DNA from: a bacterium
GTDB taxonomy: Bacteria > 4484-113 > JAFGCY01
Reading direction: 5' to 3'
Assembly: GCA_041395205.1 (NCBI GenBank)
Contig: JAWLAZ010000002.1
Location: 589,686-653,685, forward strand
Length of the DNA stretch: 64,000 nt
Shown here: one piece after another, positions 1 through 8,774 of the stretch
Numbering within the stretch: the first letter of the stretch is position 1
Layout of the letters: each line of letters starts with the position of its first letter
Made by a program: the position numbers and the translations under genes
The notes under the pieces: model-generated
The model's database searches: none
Told to the model about the DNA's origin: nothing
Seen by the model: only the letters and a program-made list of their open reading frames with translations

Positions 1-160
1 GCTGGATCTGGACCCCCTTGGAGTTGTAGACCTCAACCCAGGCATTCGCCGTCTGGTTGCCGGCCTTGGTCACGACGCTGATCTCCGCATTGCCCTCGTC
101 ATCGCAGGATACGAACAGGATGGCAAGCAGGAACAGGCCGATAAGAGCAATTTTCCTCAT
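1..160 (-). CDS. lipoprotein precursor, N-terminal fragment; the gene continues beyond the window start
   Basis: Reverse complement of 1-160 reads MRKIALIGLFLLAILFVSCDDEGNAEI..., giving a signal peptide plus lipobox (LFVSC). A GAGGTG RBS lies ~5 nt upstream of the ATG (cat at 158-160). Composition is GC-rich like the host genome. Confidence 0.4.
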   Translation of the reverse strand, partial: MRKIALIGLFLLAILFVSCDDEGNAEISVVTKAGNQTANAWVEVYNSKGVQIQ

Positions 161-576
161 TATTCACCTCTTGCGGTTGGAAAACTGAATTCTAGCTCAT
201 GCACTGGCGCAATGCAAAACACCGGACTCAGCAGGTTGCTGTGATCGCCCGGTTCCGGCTAGCACAGCGGCCTTTCAGAACTTGGGACAAGCGATTTCGA
301 GTATCTCCTCGTCCAGGTTCTCACACAAGCTATCAGTGATTTTGGGGTCTTCGAAAGTGGTTGCAACCAGCTTCACAAAGTCAACACTCACGAAGTAGAC
401 AATCCGATTTCAACAGGGAGCTTTACAAACAACTTAACGGAAGTAAACACAACTGGGAATTTCAGGGTAGAATATCGTAGCAGGCACACGCGGGTAGCTC
501 GCGGTTGCGGAACAGAAGCAATATGTTTCTGTGGCAGCGCCCAATAGGGTCAAGCGAGTCCGGGGCCTGCTTTTTG

Positions 577-1344
577 CTAAAAATACTCCGAAGCCCATCT
601 GTGAATCGGGAACTCGTCCAGGAACCTGGCCTCCGCAGGGGGTGGGATTATCTTTAGACCGTATCTATATGCCTTTCCTTCATATCTATAGATTCTTCTT
701 CTCATATGCCAAACATATCTAGGTTCTGTAAAACCATATCTATGCTCAATTGCATAATAGTAGCTGGATGCAACAACATCGGCAATTATCAATCCTTCCA
801 ACTTTGCATGCTGCTTGATATGGAAGTTCTCCGGCACGATGTAACTCCATTCAATTCCTGCATTACTACTTGTGGTTGCCTCTCGCATTTTGACAAAATT
901 TTCAGATAATTCATCATACGGCATGGTTCTCTGGGAAAACGTGATCCGAACGGGTTCTGAACATCTGGAATCTCTGGCATACCAGGAAACTCTCTCGAGT
1001 AAGTATCTGATCAGATAGTTGTATAATCTGTGATTTCCCCGGTAGCTGTCAGGATTGGTGAGACTTGGCTTGTGGCAGGCAATGGTGATTGTGATTAACG
1101 GGTGCTGGCCAACAGCAACTGACAATGGGAGTCGCTTTTCGTGTGACAGTTCCTGGAAGTGAATCGGCTTGAGGGATGTCCTCTTTATTCTCTCTTTGTA
1201 TGGTCCAATCACGGACAGAATATTGAAATCTTCATCCTCATGCACAAGCACTGCAGAAATTATCAACCAATCAGAACTGCCTTGTCCAAACCTGAACCCT
1301 GGACAACCTGCCTCATCAATGTAACAAGATAAACCCGGAGACAT
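577..1344 (-). CDS. DUF3800-family protein
   Basis: 255-aa ORF with the N-terminal YIDEAG motif typical of DUF3800. It sits inside a visibly AT-rich islet (~170-1525) that contrasts with the GC-rich flanks. Confidence 0.6.
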   Translation of the reverse strand: MSPGLSCYIDEAGCPGFRFGQGSSDWLIISAVLVHEDEDFNILSVIGPYKERIKRTSLKPIHFQELSHEKRLPLSVAVGQHPLITITIACHKPSLTNPDSYRGNHRLYNYLIRYLLERVSWYARDSRCSEPVRITFSQRTMPYDELSENFVKMREATTSSNAGIEWSYIVPENFHIKQHAKLEGLIIADVVASSYYYAIEHRYGFTEPRYVWHMRRRIYRYEGKAYRYGLKIIPPPAEARFLDEFPIHRWASEYF

Positions 1345-1532
1345 TGCGAATTGTCATTCTCCCGCCTATCAGCATAACACTACCTAGCTTCTTGCAGCAG
1401 CCCCCCAAGTAACAAAATTCTATCATATCATGACTTTATGTTACAGCAAATATCATAAATGAAACGAAATGTCTTGTGCAAATGAATAACTGAGACGGCG
1501 TCAATCGGGTTCGTACACTTGAAAAGATGGAC

Positions 1533-1919
1533 TCAGCCCTTGACCGGGGCGTTGTCCTCCAGCCGCGGGGCCTCTTCCTCCGTCAGTTCGACGCGCAGTG
1601 GCAGGACCTGACCGGAGCGTACATTCACCTCCCGCACGGCGGGCCAGGGCTTGTCCTTGCCATCCACGAAGCGCAGCTCATAGCTTCCCGGGAGGATGTG
1701 CCTGAACTCGCCGATACCACGGATGTTCGTGCTCGTGCGGCGGCTGATGCGCCCGTCCGTGCTTTCCAGCAGGATGTCACACTGGCGCTGCAGGCCCTGC
1801 AGCGTCACCGATACGGTGATCGTGGCCGGCTCGGGATCGAAGCAGGACTGCAGCGGCAGGAGCGCCGCCAGCAGCAGCACAAGCAGGATCCGCGGGTTGC
1901 AGGGTCGCAGCGGCATCAC
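1533..1919 (-). CDS. small lipoprotein with a carboxypeptidase-regulatory-like beta-sandwich
   Basis: Signal peptide plus lipobox (LPLQSC). The mature part is ~100 aa of beta-rich sequence (SGQVLPLRVEL) resembling CarboxypepD_reg-like domains. Its terminus abuts the aminotransferase gene. Confidence 0.5.
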   Translation of the reverse strand: MMPLRPCNPRILLVLLLAALLPLQSCFDPEPATITVSVTLQGLQRQCDILLESTDGRISRRTSTNIRGIGEFRHILPGSYELRFVDGKDKPWPAVREVNVRSGQVLPLRVELTEEEAPRLEDNAPVKG

Positions 1920-1922
1920 GGC

Positions 1923-3131
1923 TCAGGCCAGGCTGGCAAAGGCCTCACGCAGCAGGTCGATGGCCTTCTGGATGTTCTCACGGCTGTTGGCATAACTCAG
2001 GCGCAGGTAGCCCTCACCGTTCTTCCCGAAGGAAGTCCCGGCCAGCAGCGCCACGCCGTAGTTCTGCAGGATGTAGCGCTGCACGTCGAGGCTGGTGCGG
2101 CCGGCCTTCTCGGTGTATTCCTTGATGTTCGGGAAGACGTAGAACGCACCCTTGGGCATCGTGCAGCTCACGCCGGGAATGCTGTTGAGGCCATCCACGA
2201 TCAGGCTGCGGCGCGCCTTGAACTCGGCGATCATCGCCTGGCTGCCGCTCTGGTCACCGAGCAGGGCCTCAATCCCCGCCACCTGGGTGAAGGCCGCGGT
2301 GCAGCTGAAGCTGTTCGTTGCAAGCAGCGTCAGGCGCTTGGCCAGCGCCGGGCTCGTCACGCTGAAGCCCAGCCTCCAGCCGGTCATCGCGTAGGTCTTG
2401 GAATGCCCGTCCAGGAAGATCAGCTGGTCGCGGAACTCCGGCACCTTCAGCATGCTGGCGTGCTCGCCCTCGTAGACGAAGCGGTTGTAGATCTCATCGC
2501 TGAGCACATAGAAGCCGTACTCACGGGCCAGCTCGGCCACGAAGTCCAGGTCGCCCTGGGTCAGCACCCCGCCGGTCGGGTTCTGCGGGGTGTTCAGGTA
2601 GAACAGCTTGGTCCTGTTGCTGACCAGCTGCTTGAGCTGCTCATGGTCAAAGCGGAAGCCGGTGTCCTCGGTGAGCGGCAGGCGCTTGATCACGCCGCCC
2701 ATCAGCTGCACCGCCGCCTCGTAGCCCGGGTAGGTCGGATCGAAGATGATCACCTCATCGCCCGGATCCACGAGCGCCATCGCCGTCAGGAACACGATCG
2801 GCTTGGCACCGGGATAGATCACGATGTTCTCGCCGGTCACGCCCTCCACGCCGTAGCGCTGGCAGACGTACTCCGCATACTTCTCACGGTGCTCCATCGC
2901 TCCGGCGCTGCCGGTGTAATGCGTATAGCCGTGGTCCAGCGCCCAGTGCGCCTTGTCGATGATGTTGCGGGGCGTGTCGAAATCAGGCTCGCCGATCTGC
3001 AGGTGCACGATGTCGCGGCCCTGGGCCTCCAGTGCCTTGGCCTGGGCCAGCACGACGAATGCATCCTCGGTACCGCAGTCGTTCAGCCGGTTGGCGAAAC
3101 GATCGGTGAAGTGCGGCTTTGCAGAGCTCAT
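1923..3131 (-). CDS. class I/II (aspartate/aromatic-type) PLP-dependent aminotransferase
   Basis: 402-aa ORF with fold-type-I aminotransferase hallmarks: NTPQNPTG motif, a DEIY-like block, and the SKTYAMTGWRLG lysine region. Confidence 0.9.
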   Translation of the reverse strand: MSSAKPHFTDRFANRLNDCGTEDAFVVLAQAKALEAQGRDIVHLQIGEPDFDTPRNIIDKAHWALDHGYTHYTGSAGAMEHREKYAEYVCQRYGVEGVTGENIVIYPGAKPIVFLTAMALVDPGDEVIIFDPTYPGYEAAVQLMGGVIKRLPLTEDTGFRFDHEQLKQLVSNRTKLFYLNTPQNPTGGVLTQGDLDFVAELAREYGFYVLSDEIYNRFVYEGEHASMLKVPEFRDQLIFLDGHSKTYAMTGWRLGFSVTSPALAKRLTLLATNSFSCTAAFTQVAGIEALLGDQSGSQAMIAEFKARRSLIVDGLNSIPGVSCTMPKGAFYVFPNIKEYTEKAGRTSLDVQRYILQNYGVALLAGTSFGKNGEGYLRLSYANSRENIQKAIDLLREAFASLA

Positions 3132-3259
3132 GGGTCCTCCAGTTCAATGCAGGCGGGTCCCCGTGCGGGTCCGCTGCTGATACGCAGAAAGTATAGCGCC
3201 AAAAGCAGTGTTAAAATCTGCTCGCGATTAAACCCCGAAAAGCCCCGGAGATCCCACAC

Positions 3260-4303
3260 ATGTCGCAGAAACCACTCGACTATCAGGCCAGCGGTGTGAG
3301 CATCGCGGCCCAGGATGAGGCCATTGCCGCCTTCCGGCGCGACGTGGAATCCACGCATGGTCCGGAAGTCGTGGCCGGAGTCGGTGCCTTCGGCGCCGCC
3401 TTCCAGCCCAGCCTTTTTGGGATCAGCGCTCCGGTGCTCGTCAACAGCACCGACAGCCTCGGCACCAAGACCATCGTCCACAGCCGCTTCGGCACATGGG
3501 AGAACGCCGGCCGAGATGTGGTGGGCTGCGTGGTGAATGACATCATCTGCAGCGGGGCGCGGCCGCTCTACTTCCTCGACTATCTCGGCATCAACAAGGT
3601 CGTGCCGGAGCAGATCCACCAGATGGTCGGCAAGGGCATCGCCGCCGCCTGCCGTGAAATCGGCTGCGCGCTGATCGGCGGTGAGATCGCGGAGATGCGT
3701 GACGTCTACAAGCCGGGCGATTTCGACCTGGCGGGCTTCGCCGTGGGGATGGTCGACCGCAGCCGGATGCTGGACGGATCAGCCTGCCGCGAGGGCAGTG
3801 TACTGATCGGCCTGCGCTCCAACGGCGTGCACTGCAATGGCTTTTCGCTGGTCCGGGCTGCCTTCAGTGAGCTCAACCACGACCAGTGGACCTGCCACAA
3901 CGAGGCCCTCGGCTCCTCGCTGGCGCATGCCCTGCTGCAACCGACTGTCTGTTATGCAAATGCGGTCGGAGAGGCCTGCAACGCAGGCCTGCTGCAGGCT
4001 GCGGCCCACATCAGCGGCGGCGGGCTGCAGGACAATGTGCCACGGGTGGTCCCGGACGGCCTGGATGTAGAACTGGATCGGGCGGCGATTTCCGTTTTAC
4101 CCGTGTTTGATATAATTCAGAGCCACGGAAACATCTCACGGGATGAGATGTGGCACGTATTCAACATGGGGATCGGGTTTGTGGTCGTGGTATCCCCCGA
4201 GGCCGTGGATGACGTAATGCGCATCTGCGGGGAGCATTCCCCGCAGTTGATCGGCAGGCTCACCCGTGGCAGCGGAGCGGCGGAACTGCGATTCAGGGAC
4301 TGA
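3260..4303 (+). CDS. purM: phosphoribosylformylglycinamidine cyclo-ligase (AIR synthetase)
   Basis: 347-aa ORF with the PurM/AIRS family pattern: N-terminal YxxSGVxI, DSLGTKT, the GGEIAEM block, and a GFSLVR C-terminal domain. Confidence 0.9.
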   Translation: MSQKPLDYQASGVSIAAQDEAIAAFRRDVESTHGPEVVAGVGAFGAAFQPSLFGISAPVLVNSTDSLGTKTIVHSRFGTWENAGRDVVGCVVNDIICSGARPLYFLDYLGINKVVPEQIHQMVGKGIAAACREIGCALIGGEIAEMRDVYKPGDFDLAGFAVGMVDRSRMLDGSACREGSVLIGLRSNGVHCNGFSLVRAAFSELNHDQWTCHNEALGSSLAHALLQPTVCYANAVGEACNAGLLQAAAHISGGGLQDNVPRVVPDGLDVELDRAAISVLPVFDIIQSHGNISRDEMWHVFNMGIGFVVVVSPEAVDDVMRICGEHSPQLIGRLTRGSGAAELRFRD

Positions 4304-4317
4304 TCCGGAGGAACAGG

Positions 4318-4692
4318 ATGAAAATCACTCTTATCAAGCTGGCAGTGCTGCTGGCCGTCGCGTCGATCAGTGCCCAGCTTTACTCCTGCGACAAGCTGCA
4401 GAACATCAAGGGCTCAATCGCCGGCCAGGTGATTGATGAGAACGGCGTGCCGATGGGCTTCACCTCCGTGGCCGTACTTGACGAGAACGGCGCGGAGCTC
4501 ACCCGTCAGACCACCAACAACGAGGGCGGCTACTTCATCAGCGAACTGAGTGCCGGCACCTATTCGCTGGAGGTCTGGGTGATGGGTACGGAAAAGATGG
4601 AGATCATCTCCGGCAACGATACGAACGTCAAGCTCGGCATCGGCAAGACCGAAACCGTTGACCTGACGGTCAAGATGCCCGAGAAGAAGTAG
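4318..4692 (+). CDS. small secreted/lipoprotein with a carboxypeptidase-regulatory-like domain
   Basis: Signal peptide MKITLIKLAVLLAVASISAQLYSC followed by a GQVIDENGVPMGFTSVAVLDENG beta-sandwich motif typical of CarboxypepD_reg. Confidence 0.6.
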   Translation: MKITLIKLAVLLAVASISAQLYSCDKLQNIKGSIAGQVIDENGVPMGFTSVAVLDENGAELTRQTTNNEGGYFISELSAGTYSLEVWVMGTEKMEIISGNDTNVKLGIGKTETVDLTVKMPEKK

Positions 4693-4739
4693 CACCGGGC
4701 CGGGTAAAGCCCGGGCAATCACTGCCGATCTATAGCGCA

Positions 4740-5552
4740 GTGACAACGAATGACTTACAAGCGAGATCCCGCAGCAGCCGCAGAGCCGGCCTGCGGGATT
4801 TCCATTTCTCCCGCATCCCGCGCCGCGGTTTCACCCGTGTGAGCCTGGTGCTGGCGATTGCCATCTTCGCGCTGGTCTCGCTGCTGGCGGGCATCCAGGC
4901 CGGCGACATCGACCTCGCGGGCATGCTCCCCGCAGGCAAGTCCGCGAAGAAGGCCGCGAAACCGCAGAACCCCCTGCTGCTGGCCAGCCCTGCTCCCAGC
5001 GACGCAGCTGCGGAAGATCCCACAGCCGCAGCGGAGGCTGCCGTGCCAACTGAACCGCTGGTCGCAGCCGTGCCCGAGGGCGCGCTGCGCATCGACGGCC
5101 GCACGCGCCAGCTGATCTGCCGTGCCTTCGGCCGGATGGACCCCGTGTTCGCCGCCGAACGGCTGACTGCCCTCAATGACAACGATGCCACGCTCGTGCT
5201 GAGCTGCCAGAAGCGCCGCGACCTGGCCTTCATCCTGGAATCAAGCGAACCCGCGGTGGCTGCCAACTGGGTCAACATCCTGCTGCAGATGGATGATGCG
5301 CAGCAGCTGCTGCCCCCCGGTGAGAGCATCCTCGACCAGGTGAACGAATCGCTTGATGCCGCACCGCCGGCCGAGGCTGACAATCTCGTGCAGCCCACTG
5401 CCGGGCCCGCCGTCGCCATGCGGCCGGACTTCATGCTCAGCCCGGAGGAGCATGCGGCCTTCCTCGCTCAATTCCCGCAGTACCGTGCCGATACGGATAC
5501 GGCGAGAGGGAGCGTGATTCCCGTGATTTCCGATTTCGAACTGACTGACTAG
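4740..5552 (+). CDS. membrane protein of unknown function, first gene of the flagellar hook cluster (possibly YlxF/MotE-like)
   Basis: One N-terminal TM helix (VSLVLAIAIFALVSLLAGIQAG). The remainder is Ala/Pro-rich. Synteny immediately upstream of fliK resembles ylxF in Firmicute fla operons. The homology call is weak. Confidence 0.45.
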   Translation: MTTNDLQARSRSSRRAGLRDFHFSRIPRRGFTRVSLVLAIAIFALVSLLAGIQAGDIDLAGMLPAGKSAKKAAKPQNPLLLASPAPSDAAAEDPTAAAEAAVPTEPLVAAVPEGALRIDGRTRQLICRAFGRMDPVFAAERLTALNDNDATLVLSCQKRRDLAFILESSEPAVAANWVNILLQMDDAQQLLPPGESILDQVNESLDAAPPAEADNLVQPTAGPAVAMRPDFMLSPEEHAAFLAQFPQYRADTDTARGSVIPVISDFELTD

Positions 5553-5595
5553 CGCGAAGGAAAGCGCAATCCATGCACTGAAAGGAGGTGCGTAC

Positions 5596-7749
5596 ATGAA
5601 CCAGCTGGCAATGCTGCCCGTTGGCGAACAGGCCCTGGCCGGGCTGCCCGCAGCGGCAGGCATACCCGGCGAAGCGCGGGGAGCCCCGCCCGATGCGGCG
5701 GCCTTCTCCCTGATGCTCGGTGAACATCTCTGGACCTTGTCCCGCCCCGGCGGGACTGGAGGGGATGAAACAGCGGAAGGCGCACTGCCCGTGGCCGGCC
5801 AGGGAGAGGCGGATGCCAATCCCCTGAAGCTGCTGCGCGGCCTGCTGGCCGAGGCCGTGAATCTCGCCGTTGACAACGCCGGTGGCGCCGAACAGCTTGC
5901 CGGGCAGCTGCTCTCGCGGATCCGTGAGGCCCTGGCCGGTCTGGCGGAGATTCCCGGAGACGGTGCCGGGACGGGCGAGTCCACAGAGCAGGCAGGCAGT
6001 GCCAGCCTGGCTGTGAACGGTGAAGGCGCAAGCATTTCACTGCCGCCGGGTCTGAGCCGCCTGCTCAACCAGGCGCGTCCTGAGCCCAGTGGCAACCTTG
6101 AGTCCGTAGCGGCCGGGGAAGCTGTGGAGCATGCTGACAGGCCGGTTCCGCATGAATCGAAACAGCAGCCTGCCAACCCTGCCCTGCTCATGCCGCTGCT
6201 GCGCCAGGTGCTGCAGGAATTCTTCAGTGAACTGCGCGCGGCGGCTCCCGAGCTGGAACTGCAGCCTGTGAGCAGCGGTCCGGCGCTTCCGCCGCCGGTG
6301 CTCGCGGCCGGCTCCGCTCCGGACAAGGCCCAGCCCAGCCCGGAGATCCCGGATCCGATCCAGCTGTTCGCCGAATCTGACAGGCCGGTCGGCAGCCCGG
6401 GCGGCCTGGAGAACACGTCCGGGCAATCCATTGACAACACCGTCACTCTGCGCAGCGCCGCACAGCCCGGCCAGTCCGGGAGCAGCCCGCTGCTGGCAAC
6501 GGACAAGGCAGTGCTCAGTCCCTCCGCGCGCTGGTTCAACAGCCAGGCGGGGCCGCAGCTGCCGCAGCCGCAGGCCATTCCCGCGATGCTGCAGGGCCCT
6601 GCGCCGACTGCCCAGCCGGCTGTCCAGCCCGCACAGCCTGGTGCGGCAGCGGCCCGGCAGCCGGTAACCGTGACCAGCCAGACCCTGGAACTGCCGGACG
6701 GCCAGTCCCTGCAGCTGCGGCTCAGGGCTGAAACTGCCAACGCACTTGACCCGACCAGCCGCTTCACGCTCAGCCTCGCCGATCCTGACAACCCGGAGGG
6801 GGAGCTGGAGATCGGCATGGAACTGAGCAGCCGCGGCCCGGACAGACTGTTCACTGCCGCTGAAATGCAGCGTGTCAGTGCTGCCCTGCAGCAGGTGCTC
6901 AGCGGTGACGGCATTGCCCAGGCGGCAGCAGCGCCCGGCCGCAGCACCACACGGATGGAGGCCAGCCCGGCCCCCGCACGCTCCGTCGCCATCCCGGAAG
7001 CGGATCTGGCAACGGAGGGCGTGGATGCCCCGGACACGGTGCAGACTGCCGGTCCCACACGCAGTACGGCTCCGGCCCACAGCGGCCAGGAAGGCAACGA
7101 AGGTGACGACTCCCCGCGGGGAGCGGCGGTTCCCGAGACGGACAAGGCCGAGGTCCAGCCGGCTGCGGCTCCCGCTGCCAGTGAGCGGGCCTCGCTGCTG
7201 AGCTCCGTGCTCAGCCGCCGGGGCAGCCATGAGCGTGGCAATGCCGCTCCCGGGCAGGACCTGCCGGGCAGTGTCAGCCAGCCCCGCGAGCGCGTGCTGC
7301 ACCCCGTGGAGAACGGCAGCCTGAGCCTGCAGCCGCAGCTCAGCGCCCATCCGCAGGCCGCGGACAGCGTGCCCGGACGCCTGCTGCAGTTCAGTGCCCC
7401 GCAGGTCGGCACCGGGATCAGCGGCTATGCCCTCGATGAACTGCGCCAGCAGCTGCTGGACAAGGTCAGCGAGTTCCGCAATGCCGGGGACGGCCTCTAC
7501 AACATGAAGCTCGATCTCTACCCGAAGGAACTCGGGCGGATGGTCGTCAATCTCGCCGTGCGCGGTGACAACGTCGCCCTGCAGGTCGCGGTGCTGAGCC
7601 GCGGCCAGCGCAGCGAGCTGCAGCGCAGCCTGGACGCCCTGAAGGACAGCCTCGAGGAGGACGGCCTGAACGTGGTGGACCTGCGCGTGCTGGACATCGG
7701 GGAGCCTGCGGGTGGCAACCGCAATGCGAGCCAGGAGGGAAGGAGCTAG
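5596..7749 (+). CDS. fliK: flagellar hook-length control protein
   Basis: 717-aa Pro/Ala/Gln-rich protein. Its C-terminal domain (YNMKLDLYPKELGRMVVNLAVRGDNVALQVAVLSRGQRSELQRSLDALKDSLEEDGLNV) matches the FliK C-terminal fold. It sits directly upstream of flgD. Confidence 0.75.
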   Translation: MNQLAMLPVGEQALAGLPAAAGIPGEARGAPPDAAAFSLMLGEHLWTLSRPGGTGGDETAEGALPVAGQGEADANPLKLLRGLLAEAVNLAVDNAGGAEQLAGQLLSRIREALAGLAEIPGDGAGTGESTEQAGSASLAVNGEGASISLPPGLSRLLNQARPEPSGNLESVAAGEAVEHADRPVPHESKQQPANPALLMPLLRQVLQEFFSELRAAAPELELQPVSSGPALPPPVLAAGSAPDKAQPSPEIPDPIQLFAESDRPVGSPGGLENTSGQSIDNTVTLRSAAQPGQSGSSPLLATDKAVLSPSARWFNSQAGPQLPQPQAIPAMLQGPAPTAQPAVQPAQPGAAAARQPVTVTSQTLELPDGQSLQLRLRAETANALDPTSRFTLSLADPDNPEGELEIGMELSSRGPDRLFTAAEMQRVSAALQQVLSGDGIAQAAAAPGRSTTRMEASPAPARSVAIPEADLATEGVDAPDTVQTAGPTRSTAPAHSGQEGNEGDDSPRGAAVPETDKAEVQPAAAPAASERASLLSSVLSRRGSHERGNAAPGQDLPGSVSQPRERVLHPVENGSLSLQPQLSAHPQAADSVPGRLLQFSAPQVGTGISGYALDELRQQLLDKVSEFRNAGDGLYNMKLDLYPKELGRMVVNLAVRGDNVALQVAVLSRGQRSELQRSLDALKDSLEEDGLNVVDLRVLDIGEPAGGNRNASQEGRS

Positions 7750-8199
7750 ATGGAGATACTGAACACCCTGCCCGCGAATCTCGCCAACGGCGTGAACCAG
7801 CGGACCGTGCGCCTGCCTGATCCGGAGAACCCGGTGATCGCCGGTCCCGAGCAGACCGACAGCGGCCAGGACTTCATGCGCCTGATGATGGAACAGCTGC
7901 GCCACCAGGACCCGCTCAATCCGGCGGACGGTGCGCAGTTCACCCAGCAACTGGCGACGATGAACAGCCTGCAGGCCCTGCTCGACATCAAGGGCCTGCT
8001 GGAGAACCAGTCCACGGGCTCGGGCCTCGATGAGGCCACCGCCCTGCTGGGCTACACGGTTGAGGGCGTGGATGCCAACGGGACCCTCGTGGAGGGCCAT
8101 GCCGACAGCGTCGAGGTGCTGGAAGGCGTGCCGATGCTGCTTGTGGGAGACAAGCTGCTGCTGCCGGGACAGGTGGTCTCGGTGCGCGAGGCACAGTAG
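7750..8199 (+). CDS. flgD: flagellar hook assembly/capping protein
   Basis: FlgD signature DFMRLMMEQLRHQDPLNPADGAQFTQQLATMNSLQ plus a C-terminal FlgD Tudor-like region. The start codon abuts the fliK stop. Confidence 0.85.
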   Translation: MEILNTLPANLANGVNQRTVRLPDPENPVIAGPEQTDSGQDFMRLMMEQLRHQDPLNPADGAQFTQQLATMNSLQALLDIKGLLENQSTGSGLDEATALLGYTVEGVDANGTLVEGHADSVEVLEGVPMLLVGDKLLLPGQVVSVREAQ

Positions 8200-8229
8200 T
8201 GGATGGACGGGAGATAGCCAGGATGGCTG

Positions 8230-8643
8230 ATGGAGGAGAGCAGGATGGTTGAGGGACTCTTGCCGGGCCAGATCCGCCCGGTGGCAGCGGGACAGCAGGC
8301 GGGGCCTGCGGTCCGCCGCCAGGAAGTGCCGGATGTGCGGTTCAGGCAGTTCCTGGACGAATCGCTCAGGAGCGACGGCGGCGTGAAGTTCAGCGCACAT
8401 GCGCTGAAGCGGATCAGCAGCCGCGGGATCGAACTGGGCAACAGGGAGATGAGTGAGATCGAGGACGCCGTCAGGCGTGCCGCCTCCAAGGGCTCAAGGG
8501 ACAGCCTGCTGATGGCGGAGGACTTCGCACTGGTTGTCAACATACCGTCGCGCACGGTGATCACGGCCATGGACCGTGGCGCCATGCGCGAGGGGGTGAT
8601 CACGAACGTTGACAGCGCCGTGTTCCTGCAGGGAACGCGGTAG
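8230..8643 (+). CDS. flagellar operon protein (TIGR02530-like), between flgD and flgE
   Basis: 137-aa protein with the VKFSAHALKRISSRGIELG motif. Position between flgD and flgE matches the 'flagellar operon protein' of Firmicutes and spirochaetes. Confidence 0.55.
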   Translation: MEESRMVEGLLPGQIRPVAAGQQAGPAVRRQEVPDVRFRQFLDESLRSDGGVKFSAHALKRISSRGIELGNREMSEIEDAVRRAASKGSRDSLLMAEDFALVVNIPSRTVITAMDRGAMREGVITNVDSAVFLQGTR

Positions 8644-8774
8644 GACAGCCCCGGCAGGGGCCAGATCAGGAGCGGTGAGCCGGACCATCCCCACCGGATG
8701 GAAGCTCAGGGACCCGCCGCCGGCAGCGGCGGGCCGCTCCTCCATGCAGCTTTCAATCATGGAGGAACCAGAAC

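Noticed and set aside
1527-3299. 590-aa plus-strand ORF
   Set aside because: It is antisense to the well-supported aminotransferase gene (1923-3131, minus). The translation is Ala/Arg/Gly-rich low complexity, typical of spurious ORFs on the opposite strand of GC-rich genes.
5241-8400. Long minus-strand ORFs (723 aa and 787 aa) overlapping fliK/flgD
   Set aside because: They are antisense to a syntenic flagellar cluster with recognisable FliK/FlgD motifs. Their translations are Ala/Arg/Ser/Gly low complexity.
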